A stretch of DNA of 64,000 bases from Octopus sinensis (taxonomy: Eukaryota), in the NCBI RefSeq assembly GCF_006345805.1, contig NC_042998.1, positions 9,982,001 through 10,046,000 of the forward strand, read 5' to 3'. Shown in pieces: positions 24,060 through 36,748 of this stretch (positions are counted from its first letter, which is position 1; each line of letters begins with the position of its first letter). The notes under the pieces were generated by a model. That model was not told the origin of the DNA, did not search any database, and saw only the letters and a list, made by a program, of their open reading frames with translations. The position numbers and the translations under genes are program-made.

Positions 24060-24414
24060 TGTATCTTTCACTTGTTTCAATCATTAGACTGCGGCCATGC
24101 TGAGGTACCATCTTGAAGAATTTTTACTCGAATGAATCGACCCCAGTATTTATTCTTTTAAACCTGGTATACATTCTATCGTTCTATTTTGCCGAATTGC
24201 TAAGTTACAAAGTCATAAACACATCAAAACCGGTTGACAAGTGGTCACACACACACGACGAGCTTCTTTCAGCTTCTGTATACCAAATCCACTCACAAAG
24301 CTTTGGTCAGCCCGAGGCTATAGTAGAAGACACCCAATGCCACGGAGTAGGACTGAACCCAGAACCATGTGGTTGGGAAGCAAACTTCTTACCACACAGC
24401 CACGCCTGCGCCTA
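24060..24414 (-). mobile_element. SINE family A with reiterated 5' 20-mer (to 24468)
   Basis: Family A match; unit CACAGCCACGCCTGCGCCTA repeated about 3.7 times. Confidence 0.85.
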
Positions 24415-24504
24415 CACAACCACGCCTGCGCCTACACAGCCACGCCTGCGCCTACACAGCCACGCCTAACGAGTATAAATGAAATATTAATGTAACGAAC
24501 GTAC

Positions 24505-24572
24505 CATTATATGTATGTAGTCAGAGCTTCCTTGTTAACAGATCCGCACTGCTTTATTGGCGATGTTATTAC
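24505..24572 (-). CDS. Candidate 68-nt exon (VITSPIKQCGSVNKEALTTYI*, phase 0 to 2) containing an in-frame TAA
   Basis: Strong acceptor TTCTTTCTCTTTTTTAG and donor ATG|GTACGT. Phases fit both neighbours, but TAA lies at 24509-24507. Confidence 0.3.
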
Positions 24573-25023
24573 CTAAAAAAGAGAAAGAATATAATTAACT
24601 TCTAAAAATTACTGTGTTGTTATTTATCACTGTTGACAAAGATTTTTTATTGGAAAGATTAGTCGATACCACCAGCCCCAAGCCTGGACTAGTACTTTAT
24701 TTTATCAACCCGGTTGGGATAAGAGAGACTAAGTTGAACGTAGCGGGATTTGAACTCAGAATGTAAAAACTTGGAACAATGATCTTTCCTATTACAGGTA
24801 CAAGACCTGGAAATTTGGGAGAAGGGGCTAGTCGATTACACCGACCCTAGTGCTTGACTTGTAGTTATTTTATCGACCCTGCAAGAATGAGAGACAAAGT
24901 TGACGGCAGTGTTGTTTGAATCCAAAACGTAAAGCAACGTAAAGCTTGACGAAATACTGCTAAGCATTTTGTTTGGTAGGCGAACAATCCTGTCAGCTCA
25001 TCGCCTTAACACGGAACAGATAA

Positions 25024-25817
25024 TACCTATTTCTTTGTTACCCACAAGGGGATAAACACAGAGAGGACAAACAGGGACAGAAGACAAACGGATTAAATCG
25101 ATTATATCGACCCCAGTCCGTAACTGGTACTTATTTAATCGACTCCGAAAGGATGAAAGGCAAAGTCGAGCTCGGCGGAATATGAACACAGAACGTAGCG
25201 GCAGACCAAATACCTATTTCTTTACTACCCACAAGGGGCTAAACACAGAGAGGACAAACAAGGACAGACAAACGAATATTAAGTCGATTATATCGACCCC
25301 AGTGCGTAACTGGTACTTATTTAATCGACCCCGAAGGACGAAAGGCAAAGTCGACCTCGGCGGAATTTGAACTCAGAACATAGCGGCAGACCAAATACCT
25401 ATTTCTTTATTACCCACAAGGGGCTAAACATAGAGGGGACAAACAAGGACAGAAGACAAACGGATTAAGTCGATTATATCGACCCTAGTGCGTAACTGGT
25501 ACTTATTTAATCGACCCCGAAGGATGAAAGGTAAAGTCGACCTCGGCGGAATTTGAACTCAGAACGTAGCGGCAGACCAAATACCTATTTCTTTATTACC
25601 CACAAGGGGCTAAACATAGAGGGGACAAACAAGGACAGACAGATGGATTAAGTCGATTATATCGACCCCAGTGCGTAACTGGTACTTAATTTATCGACTC
25701 CGAAAGGATGAAAGGCAAAGTGGACCTCGGCGGAATTTGAACTCACAACGTAAAGACAGACGAAATACCGCTAAGCATTTCGCCCGGCGTGCTAACGTTT
25801 CTGCCAGCTCGCCGCTT
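25024..25817 (-). mobile_element. SINE family B tetramer (one head, four ~186-bp bodies)
   Basis: Units start at 25024, 25211, 25396 and 25582 with identical junctions. Confidence 0.93.
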
Positions 25818-25830
25818 TAACACATAATAC

Positions 25831-25873
25831 CATAAAACATTTATCCCAACGTTTTAAAGATTTCGCAAATTCC
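25831..25873 (-). CDS. Candidate 43-nt exon (EFAKSLKRWDKCFM, phase 2 to 0)
   Basis: Acceptor CCTATTTTATTTACAG, donor ATG|GTATTA; single open frame. Confidence 0.35.
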
Positions 25874-28137
25874 CTGTAAATAAAATAGGATTTTGTATTC
25901 GATCTTTTGTAGGAAAATTGGAGGATTTTTTTTTTTGAAGTAACGGTTGTGAAAGCACAAACTAACATTTTACTGCAACGCAATATTTTAAGTCCCATCT
26001 CCTAGAAAACAGTAATGAACGTTTTAACATTTCGTAACTATGGCTGTTAAGAAGCTCGCTTGCAATCACATGGTTTAAGGTTCAGTACCAACGCGCAACA
26101 CCTTGGCTAAGTGTCTTTTACTAGAGTTCCAGCTCGGTCCGAGCAAAGCTCTGTAAGTGAATTTGGTAAACAGAAACTGCGTGGAATCCTGTCGTGTGTG
26201 TGTGTGTGTGTGTAAGAAAGATGTGTTCCAGTTTTTCCTGGCGCACTAAGCAAACTCATAACTCTGAAAACTGGTTTCTTTGGGTACATTGACCCAGAAG
26301 AAAGGGATCGGCTGTGTTTATTATCGTGACACTAAAACTAAGAATACTACAAAAGGGATATTGTTAAATTATTTTTTTAAAATCTTCATAGCTAAGGGAA
26401 ATTATTCTGAAATATTTTACTTGAATTGATATGAAATATAAATACAGTGCCAGACCTCTTATCCGACTTCCAGAAATTCCGGAATTAGCAGAAATCCGGA
26501 AGTATTGTGGAATATGCAATATACTGTACTCTGTATTGAGTAAACAGGCCCTGTTTTTGAAGCTGGTTAATTTGCATACGGTGTGTTTAAATAGTTTTGT
26601 TCTTTATTTTCTCAAGTGCGTTGATAAAGATTGAACATACTTCACTATTTATAAGTGTATTAATTTGAACGTATATCTGTTAAATAAAAGCGTGTCCTTT
26701 ACTTTTTTCATTTAGTTTTCATCCTATAAACATACTGTGCACATTGTTATTGTTTGTTCCTTCTCGAGCCATGCCTGGCTCATAAGGGCCGGTTTCCCGG
26801 TTTCCTTGGCGTATAGGTTCCCCACCTGAGACGGGACGCCTAAATAAAGGATGAATATATACACGAATATATACATGCCGTTTTTCTCTTCTCATAAATA
26901 AAAGCTGAACACCTTGTAAGATGCAGGAGGAAAGAGTGAGAGAAAGTTGTGGAGCTTAGGTGTTTCGCTCATAAAAACACACATCGCCCGGTCTGAGATT
27001 CGAACCCGCGAGTTCGCTGCTCTAACCACTAGGCCATGTGTCTCTACAGTATAATATATTTAAAAAATTTAAGCCAGTTAATAAATATCAAACAGACCTT
27101 GTTTTAGAAGTGTATTAATTTAAATGTTTAATACAATTTAGCTCTTTACATAACTTTATATTTTAAGTAAATATTTAAACTGTCTCTAGAAAACTGGGAC
27201 ATAAAAAAATCCGGGACACTTCCGGTCCCAAGCTTGCTGGGTAATTGGTCCTGTACTGTATTTTGCCAGTGGAATTAAAGAAATGCAAGGCCTGGCTTTG
27301 AAACGAGAGGTATTCTGCTTTTATTTATGATAAACGGGAAGAGAAAACGGCATCCTTTACTTAGGGTTTAGAGTTCTTACAAAGAAGCATGGAATTAATC
27401 AGCGTTGTGGTGTTTATTTTATCTAAAGTAACCTCAGCATATTAATTATTTTTCAAGTATCTCATATCCTCCCTAATACCACAGATAAGACATTTTGCAG
27501 TGGGTATCTTCTCTGTACGATAACCTATCACGAATGTATATGTACACACGCTATGCATAGAGTTTTTACATGGATTATTATTATTATTATTATTATTATT
27601 ATAATTATTATTATTGAGTGAGAGAGCAGTTCATGCCATCGAAGTGACACTGGGGTAAAATATACGAAGCCCAATATACCCATCATGACTACCCGTCTGA
27701 TAAAGGTACACTAGGCACATGCATCACAACCATATGTGCGCGACATGGTGATCTCATATCAAGATAAACAGCGCAGGTGGGGCCCACTTAGAATTTTCTT
27801 CAGGTCGAGTAACCTATCCCACTCAAAAGGTCCCTGAATAAGGGTTGTTTAAGGATGTTGAACGAAACACCCATGTTTCCAGAGGTGAATTATTCAAACC
27901 CCAAAGAATCCCTCTCAACACATGGCTATGATGCTCCCCCACTACTTCTGCTTGTGATCAGAGATGCACATATCATCAGCCACTAAGGGACATGCTCAAC
28001 TGGTTAAGGTCAAACAACTGACAAGCAAATCTGTGGTATTGAGCAGAATATTTGCTGTAGCCCATCTTTTATACCAAGACAAAACAATGTACATGATAAC
28101 ACTTCCAATCAGTTAAGATCAGAAGCCATGAGAGCCA

Positions 28138-28163
28138 TATTATTATTATTATTATTATTATTA

Positions 28164-28223
<60 letters not shown>
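28138..28223. repeat. (ATT)n microsatellite
   Basis: Directly visible; similar tracts at 27575-27612 and 29898-29947. Confidence 0.95.
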
Positions 28224-28639
28224 AGGCAGTGAGCTGGCAGAATCGTTACCGCACCGGACAAAATGCTTAGTGGAATTTCATTCTGAGTTCGAATTCCGCC
28301 GAAGTCGACTTTGCTTTTCATCTTTTCGGGGTCGATAAAATAAGTACCTGTTAAGTACTGGGGTCGATGTAATCGACTCCCCCCCTCCAACAAAACATCA
28401 GGCCTTGTGCCTGTAGTAGAAAAAAATTAATATTGCCTTTCATCCTTTCGGAGTCGATAAATTAAGTACCAGTGAAACACTGGGGTCGATGTAATCGACT
28501 TGTCTTCTTCCCACAAATTTCAGGTCTTGTGCCTTTAATAGAAAGGATTATCATCATCATCATTACGAAGGTGGCGATATAGTAGGATCATAACCGCGTC
28601 GGTACTTAGCACCATTTTTTCGACTCGTTATGTTCTCAG

Positions 28640-28840
28640 TTGTACTCTTTCGCCCCAACTTTCTCTCACTCTTTCTTCCTGTTTCTTGTCCCCGACTTCC
28701 TACGCAACCGCTGAGCCTGGATGCACATTCATCCATCCGTCGATGCTCTCGGTGTCGGGGGTTGACCTGCTTTCTCTTCTGCGGGTCTTACGAACAGCAA
28801 AGGACCACGTTTCGGACTTCTCCCACTTTGGGACGAAGAC
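28640..28840. mobile_element. Retroelement fragment sharing the CTTTCTCTCACTCTTTCTTCCTGTTTCT segment with SINE family C
   Basis: Shared segment visible directly; the rest is GC-richer sequence, and the family is not identified. Confidence 0.4.
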
Positions 28841-29505
28841 CGCTTCGCTCAACAGCAACAGCAAGAATGACGACAACAAAGTGAGTGGTAGGATGCGTCC
28901 GCGATCAGGCAATCTTTTGCTGGGGTGCTGAAGCACTCCATAGCTCGCATACGCGACAGGGAACTAACTCTCTACCTAACATATTTAGGGAGAAGGACCT
29001 GTCGTGTTAAGATAGAGTTCCACCTGGGTTGGACATCTGGTGGTTATTGGCCTGTGTTACTTTGGAGGTAATTGACATACACCTCAACGTGAAACAAACG
29101 GAGTAGTTTGAGTCTTGAACTACAGTGAAGAATCGATTAGTGACCCGGTTTCCATTCCTAATTGAATTTTTTAACACTACTGCTACTAATTATCTTCGTC
29201 TCAAATGCTACAGTATCCATTATTATTGCTTGAAGAAGGATCACTAGTTGATAGATACCTTCGACCAAGAAAAAAAAATCAAAAACAACTACCGCAGTAG
29301 TGATTGGATATTAATAAATACTTATCCATGGCTATCCTTGACCCCTTATTTCTCGGTCTTTGTCGCTTCCCTCGCGCACAGACTTTATTTTTTCTTCCTC
29401 TGTCTCTCTATTTCTCCTTATTTTATTATTTTTGTTTCCCCCCTTTTTTTTCATTATCTGAATATCTAACGCTTGGTGTGAAGAAGTATGTGTGTGTGTC
29501 TGTGT

Positions 29506-29554
<49 letters not shown>

Positions 29555-29558
29555 GGAC

Positions 29559-29624
29559 CGTGATAATATAAGATCTACTGGTTCCTCGCCGAGGAAATTA
29601 ATGATGACTAAATGTTGGCACATA
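29559..29624 (-). CDS. Weak candidate exon (MCQHLVIINFLGEEPVDLILS, phase 2 to 2)
   Basis: Strong acceptor TTTCCTTCTTTCACAG but weak donor CG|GTCCCC. Confidence 0.2.
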
Positions 29625-29893
29625 CTGTGAAAGAAGGAAATCTAACAGAAACTATCAATCCTTAGGGAATATTTTCTAACTTCTCGGCATTTCAGAAGAT
29701 AACAAGATAAGATAAAAACATGGTGAGAATAATGTTTCGCTTGATAGTCAAACGACATTTTATTTTATTTGGTCGTAAAAGTTTCGTATTATGTTTATAA
29801 TTTCTGGCTTTTTTTTTTCTCATAGATTAATTTTATTTTTAAATTCTTGTTTGTTGTTGCAGTTGTATTTCTATTCGTTTTTTCTCTTTCCGC

Positions 29894-29950
<57 letters not shown>

Positions 29951-30343
29951 TTATTTATTTACGTTCTACTGTTTATAAATTCTTGTGTTGCACTTGTTTC
30001 GTTAGTGATTTGATCTGAGATTGTGCTGAGGGACTAAAACAACTGCATCGTGATACACACACCCACACACACTTACAGGGTAATTCTTTTCTACTATAAG
30101 GGCACAAAGCCTGAAATTTTTGGGGAAGGGGGAAGTCTATTTCATCGTCCCTAGTACTCAACTGGTACTTATTTCATCGCTTCAGAAGGATGGACAGCAA
30201 AATCGACCTCGTTAGAATTCGAACTCAGAACGTAAAGATGGACAAAATGCTGCTAGGCATTTTGCCCGGCGTGTTAACGATTCTGCCAGCTCGTCGTCTT
30301 TACACATAGAGAGAAACATTCGTTCAACGATGTAAGACGTTGG

Positions 30344-30753
30344 GGATCTTTTCGGTTTGAACGGCAGTTTTTTCTAGCGGTGTCATATGAAATTGTCATC
30401 TATAATTATGACCCTAGTATCGATCTATTGTATTTCAATCTGTGTTAGGGTTAGGGGTGGGGGAAGGGTATCTTTTTTTCTTCAGAAATGTAAATATACC
30501 CAATATGTTTCCTAAACGAGGGACATATTCATACGGCACAGAATGGTTTCACCTCAATAGACGGTCATTGGTTAGTTGAAATTGCCGAAATGCAAGAAAT
30601 TAAAGACATAATATCTTACAAACTATAGAATTTTCTCAATAAAGCCAAGAGAAAAAGATGTTTTATAAACACATTCTACCAGTATACGAAGTTTAAAAGT
30701 GTTTAGTTACGTGGAAATTATTTAAAAAACTGCCGTTCAAACCGAAAAGATCC
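30344..30753. mobile_element. Merlin-like MITE (same family as 12397-12800) with perfect 8-bp TSD
   Basis: TIR GGATCTTTTCGGTTTGAACGGCAG; TSD GACGTTGG at 30336-30343 and 30754-30761. Confidence 0.9.
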
Positions 30754-31020
30754 GACGTTGGTTCTAAATAATAATTTCTTACGGAGGTACAAGGCCCCAA
30801 ATTAGTGGGGGTGAGGTGGGGGAAAACGGGTTTAGTCGATTAAATCGAACCCAGTACTTGATTGGTACGTAACTTTTTATGACCCCAGAAGGATAAAAAA
30901 TAATGAACTAGACAGGAGTTTAAGAATCGAAATTAATATCGCTAGCCATGTTGCTCGATGCCCCCTAACGATTTTGCCAACCGACCACCCTCATCAGTAC
31001 CGCACAATATAATATTACTA

Positions 31021-31245
31021 TTGGGTTGTCCGGAAAGTTCGTGCCGATTTATAGTAGCTTACCTTTCGACTTAACCTCCCAGGTACCTCAATTCTGGGAA
31101 GAGGGTATTTTCAAGTTAAAGGAAAGATGGAGACGCATTGTGCAACAAAATGGTTCATATTTGGTTGACTAAAAATGTAATGGCAAGTATTTATTGACCT
31201 TTTACTTTCCTTTAAAAATCGGCACGAACTTTCCGGACAACCCAG
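31021..31245 (+). mobile_element. Mariner internal-deletion derivative
   Basis: 30-bp TIRs TTGGGTTGTCCGGAAAGTTCGTGCCGATTT with TA flanks; encodes the mariner C-terminus QFWEEGIFKLKERWRRIVQQNGSYLVD* (31089-31172). Confidence 0.92.
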
Positions 31246-32022
31246 TATTATTACAAAATAATAATTCTTTCTTATTTTTGACACAAGGCCAGTGTGTGTG
31301 TTTGTGTGTGTATGCGTGCGTGCGTGTTTTTTAATGAATCGCCTCATGATTCTAAAATAGGCAATGAAATATATATAAAAAAAGAACGGAAAATCCACCA
31401 ACATGGAATTAAAACATCGTTGGATGACAGACAGAAAGAAGAAAGATCAGAAAGATATAGAAAAAGAAAAGCTGAACAGTTGGGCGATTGTAAATGCTGA
31501 AACGCTTTAAAAACACAGAGTACACAACCCTATTTTACATTTTTCTGGGGGGTTTTTTCTGGTCTTTTCATTGTACTGCAGTTATCTTGAGTTTCTGCCT
31601 TCATAGGTTTTAGTTAATCATTTTGACCCAAGTACTTTATTCTGCATAGAGCTTCTTTTATGGATTGATATTTATCAAACCGATCTAACTGAAACTTTTG
31701 GAATAAAAGAGATTCAACTCAGTAACACCTATTTACGTCGTTAAACCTAAACACTGACACGGACACAAATATACGTATATGCCGACATATAGTTACAGAG
31801 ACACATGTACGCACAAACACATGTTTTAAAACATGCTCATACACTTACTTACACACACACACACAGATTGGCTTCAGCAGTTTCATATTTCTTTATTGCC
31901 CACAATATATGTGTCCATATATGCATATGTATATACAAATATATGTATGTACATATATGTATATATGCATAATTGTTTACTACACAATATTTGCCGTTAC
32001 ACACACACACACACACACCACA

Positions 32023-32241
32023 CAAAGGGGTGCCTAAAAGTCCCTCGCTTTATGGGTATCGCCAAGGGCCTAGTTGGAGGCCCGACCCTCCGAGTTCTCT
32101 TTACAGGGCTTAGAAAAACTGAAGGGCCGTTTCAATAAGTGTGAATCTGAGAGGAGAATATGTTGAATAAAATCATAATTAAATGATCCTCCTGCATTTT
32201 CTTTTACCCAAAGCGCCAGGAAATTTTCAATATCCCTTCGT
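32023..32241 (+). mobile_element. Mariner-derived MITE (second subfamily)
   Basis: Degenerate TIRs (..AGGGGTGCCTAAAAGTCC / GGAAATTTTCAATATCCCTTCG); residual GLEKLKGRFNKC mariner C-terminal peptide. Confidence 0.7.
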
Positions 32242-32840
32242 GTGTGTGTGTGTGTGTGGTGTGTGTGTGTGTGTGTGTATGTGTGTGTGTGTGTGTGTGT
32301 CGCGTAAACGATAAAAATGTGTATACAAAAAAAAAAAAGAAAAAGAAACGAAAATCCGCAAAGCTTTCAATTTTCTAAGTTTTACTTAAAGCTTTCTCTT
32401 TTGTTAATTTCAGTTCTAACACTGTAAACAGGAAATAGGTTGAGTTTCACTTTAGGTATGAGAAAATATTACAAAGCTAGATAGCATGAGAGAGAGAGAG
32501 AGAGAGAGAGAATAAAATAGAAAGTGTTAAACTGGGAGAATACAATGATGTCACCTAGTGAAAAGTAACGTCGTCCTAACGGTAGGGAACGTCTCCGCCG
32601 TAGTTTACAAACTACAGAGCAAAGGTTACCAAACCGAGACAATAACAGAAGCTGGTTAATGCAAGGTTAAGTGAAACTCAAGATAAAATAAATAAATAAA
32701 ACAAAACAAAAAATAAGAAACGGAACAAAGCAAGAATATGAAATGCCCAACGGTATTTCGTTCTTCCTTGCGTTCTGGGTTCAAATCCCGCCGAGACCGA
32801 CTTTGCCTTTCATCCTTTTGAGATGAATAAAGTAAGTACC

Positions 32841-33072
32841 TATTTCTTTATAACCCACAAGGGGCTAAACACAGAGGGGACAAACAAGGACAGACAAAGT
32901 GATTAAGTCGATTAGATCGACCCCAGTGCGTAACTGGTACTTAATTTATCGACCGAAAGGATGAAAGGCAAAGTCGACCTCGGCGGAATTTGAACCCACA
33001 ACGTAACGACAGACGAAATACGGCTACGCATTTCGCCCGGCGTGCTAACGTTTCTGCCAGCTCGCCGCCTTC
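32841..33072 (-). mobile_element. SINE family B with 15-bp TSD, inside an older related SINE
   Basis: TSD AATAAAGTAAGTACC at 32826-32840 and 33073-33087. Confidence 0.92.
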
Positions 33073-34079
33073 AATAAAGTAAGTACCAGTGGAAGCCTGG
33101 AGTCTGAAAAGAAGATTCACCAACAAACGGACAATACAAACAGAAGAAAAGGCAGCGCCTGGCTTCATTAAAAAGTACTGGGGAAGATAGGGAGACGGTT
33201 TCAAATTGTGAGACTGCTTTAAAGCGTGAGACAAATGATGTCTTCGAAGAAGCAGAGAATAGAAAGCAATTTTGGTAAGACGGATGCTACATGCTCAAAA
33301 TGTGGTGCAAAGTTGTGGTTCTGGAAAAGAATTTATAAACAGATCAAAAACTAATCCTATGTCTAATTTATGCCATGGCAATGGACAGATGATACTATTG
33401 TCTAACCTCGGCTTGTGTAAACAGTATAAAATGGTACACATACACACAAACACACATTTTGCTTCGGGCCGACCAATGCCTTGTGAGTGGATTTGGTAGA
33501 CGGAAACTGAAAGAAGCCTGTCGTATTATGTATGTGTGTGTATATGTTTGTCCCTCTAGCATTACTTGACAGCCGATGCTGGTGTGTTTACGTCCCCGTA
33601 ACTTAGCGGTTCGGCAAAAGAGATCCGTTAGAATAAGTACTGGGCTTACAAAGAATAAGTCCCGGGGTCGATTTGCTCGACTAAAGGCGGTGCTCCAGCA
33701 TGGCCGCAGTCAAATGACTGAAGCAAGTAATAGAGTAATAGAGTATATGCATGAAACTACTAGTAGCTTGTATTTATCTCACACTCGATGGAGTTCTTGT
33801 TTTTTGCTGTTTTTTTTTTTTTGCAGGTCTTATTTTAACGGAAAAGTAAATTATAAGTATATTTACATAAATGTTAGCGTTAACATGCTATGTTAAAAAT
33901 AGCGTGTTCAACACACACGAACATACGCACGCGTACACACACACACATTTATGTTGAACACAGTCTCTTTAACACATTGTGTTAACGCTATAATTTCTAT
34001 TCTTTTTAATTCTTTGAAGCTGTTTAAACTTTGCAGCTGCGGTCATGCTGGAGGCATATTTATAAAAGTAAGAGGATAC

Positions 34080-34144
34080 CGTAAGAAGCAAACCCTTGAA
34101 AATCCAAATCTATGAGCTGGACCCAGTTCCATGTCACCAATGAA
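34080..34144 (-). CDS. Weak candidate exon (FIGDMELGPAHRFGFSRVCFL, phase 0 to 2; another frame is also open)
   Basis: Acceptor CCATTCTTTTTCGAG, donor ACG|GTATCC. Confidence 0.2.
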
Positions 34145-35017
34145 CTCGAAAAAGAATGGACGTCGCATAACGAGTCATTTCCAGTTTTTATCGACCCAGA
34201 ATAATAAATCATTTTAAAAACCAGATTCAGTGAGACTACTGAACCGGATGTGTACCCGGTTATCACAGGAGTTGAATTTTGTCAGTTCATTTTATCGAAG
34301 ATTGATAATAAAATAATAGAGACAATTTAATCATTGGTACTCGATGTCCCACTTTTAAAATCAAGGCAGGGATTTGTACTTCAAAGAGACAGTCAGTACC
34401 CAAGGTCAGGGTCATCTTTACAGTAGTATAGAACCATGGGAAAACCAAAGCATTGGGTCCTATAGTATTTATTGATTGACAATAGGCCACAACATCATAC
34501 ATCGATCAGAACTGGTTTCAAATTTTAGCGCGAGGTCAGCAATTTCGGGGGAGGGAGTAAGTCGATTACATCGACCATATTACCCAACTGGTACTTATTT
34601 TATCGACCCCAAAAGGATGGAAGGCAAAGTCGACCTCGGCGGAATTTAAACCCAGAACGTTGCGACGAGCGAAATACCGCTAAGCATTTCGCCCGGCGTG
34701 CTAATGATTCTGCCCGCTGCCTTAATAATAATAATGATAATAATAATAATAATAATAACAGTACTTTCTACTATAGATACAAAGCCAGAAATTTGGGGCA
34801 GAGGATAGTCGATTACATCGACCCTAGTACACAACTGTTACTTATTCTATCGACCCCGAAAGTATAAAGAGTAAAGTCGACCTCGGCGGAATTTGAACTC
34901 AGAACGTAAAGACGAACAAAATGCCGCTAACCATTTTGCCCGGCGTGCTAACGATTCTGCCATATCACCGCTTTAGTCTCGCGCCCCCTCCTCGCCAACT
35001 GTCCAGTGTGTCCCTAC

Positions 35018-35087
35018 CTCGAGACGGCACTGCCCAAGAGTGCATCCGAAAACAGCATATTTAGCATTTGTGGTGGGCGTCACATAA
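35018..35087 (-). CDS. Weak candidate exon (YVTPTTNAKYAVFGCTLGQCRLE, phase 2 to 0)
   Basis: Donor GAG|GTAGGG; acceptor TAACAG with a poor pyrimidine tract; single open frame. Confidence 0.18.
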
Positions 35088-35934
35088 CTGTTATTTCACA
35101 CATATCAGAAGCGCTGTCTTGGTTGGAACCGTTTCACTTTGGTTTATGTTGCTAATTCCTTTGGAATAAACCGGAACAAACGTGAGTTACAACGTTCTAT
35201 TTTCTCTCTGTAAACCAAACTCTTCAGTACAGTTTCCGTCTACCAAATTTCTCTAACAGGGCATTGACCAACACGAGGATTAGAGTACATTTCTATGCAA
35301 TGCATCATTATAATTACCGGTGACACAGTTGTTGCTGTCTATCTTAAGAAATCAAAATTGATCGAGCAAAACCAATGGTCAAAGGCGTTCCAGTCATGGC
35401 TATACTGTCTTTTTGTATATCTAGGATAGTGATGACCAAAGCAATAACACAAAATCATCCCTATTTCAATAAATAATTGTTCAAAAATTTCGTTTTTCTT
35501 ATTTATTAATAATAGTATCATTAAATGCATATCTCCCTCGGTTTACACGATTATGATTTACGTGGTGACCAGCAGAACCAATCTACCGTGTAAACCGAGG
35601 GACAACCCTGTGTGTGTGTGTGTGTGTGTGTGTGCGTGCACGCCATGCTCTAGTGTATCTTTGTGTAAAGTACACAATTGCTGGCACCTTGGGCAAGTGT
35701 CGGGTACTATAGCCTCGGGCCGAGCAAAGCCTTGTGGGTGGATTTGGTAGACGAAAACTGAAGGAAGCCCGTCGTATATATATATATATACATATATATA
35801 ATATATATATAACTTATAAACATGGGCAAAAGAAAAAATTTCTAATGCCGAATATGCCGAAAAGAGACACATCGTCAATAACCATATAATATAAGGATGA
35901 CACGCAAATTCGTGAAGCGTTCCATATTTTCTAA

Positions 35935-36582
35935 TAGGCGCAGGAGTGGCTGTGTGGTAAGTAGCTTGTTTACCAACCAAATGGTACCGGGTTCAGTCCC
36001 ACTGCGTGGCACCTTGGGCGAGTGTCTTCTACTATAGCCTCGGGCCGACCAAAGCCTTGTGAGTGGATTTGGTAGACGGAAACTGAAAAGAAGCCCGTCG
36101 TATATATATATATTTCTATGCATGTGTGTGTTTGTGTGTCTGTGTTTGTCCACCTCGCATTGCTTGACAACCGATGCTGGTGTGTTTATGTCCCCGTTAC
36201 TTAGCGGTTCGGCAAAAGAGACTGATAGAATAAGTACTGGGCTTACAAAAGAATAAGTCCCGGGGTCGAGTTGCTCGATTAAAGGCGGTGCTCCAGCATG
36301 GCCGCAGTCAAATGACTGAAACAGGTAAAAGAGTAAAAGAGAATATGTGTGTGTGTGTGTGTATTTATATGTTTGTGTTTGTCCCCCCCCCCCAACATTG
36401 CTTGACAACCGATGGTGGTGTGTTTACGTCCCCGTAACTTAGCGGTTCGGCAAAAGAGACCGATAGAATAAGTACTAGGCTTACAAAGAATAAGTCCTGG
36501 GGTCAATTTGCTCGACTTAAAGGCAGTGCTCCAGCATGGCCACAGTCAAATGACTGAAACAAGTAAAAGAGTGAAAGAGTAA
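35935..36582 (+). mobile_element. SINE family A plus a tandem second 3' half
   Basis: Full copy at 35935-36342, then the body and tail again at 36345-36582. Confidence 0.88.
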
Positions 36583-36748
36583 TTATAAACCAGGACGTCG
36601 AGTTGCGCCCGTTTACGTCAACAGGTAACTTAGTCATTCGATAAATAGAACTGATAAAATACTTACAAATTAAAAAAAAAAAAAAGTAGGAGAGGGGTAA
36701 TTGATTGATTGAAATTGTTAAGTCTGATGTTCCAGTGATTGAAATCAC

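Noticed and set aside
23836-24111. Overlapping plus and minus ORFs
   Set aside because: Weak splice signals, and phases do not fit the neighbouring candidate exons.
25024-25817. Regularly spaced repeats resembling a CRISPR array
   Set aside because: Eukaryotic SINE multimer with no unique spacers and no cas genes.
33115-33245. Minus-strand exon-like window with good splice sites
   Set aside because: The plus strand gives NKRTIQTEEKAAPGF, resembling a pogo/Tigger transposase remnant; ambiguous, so not called.
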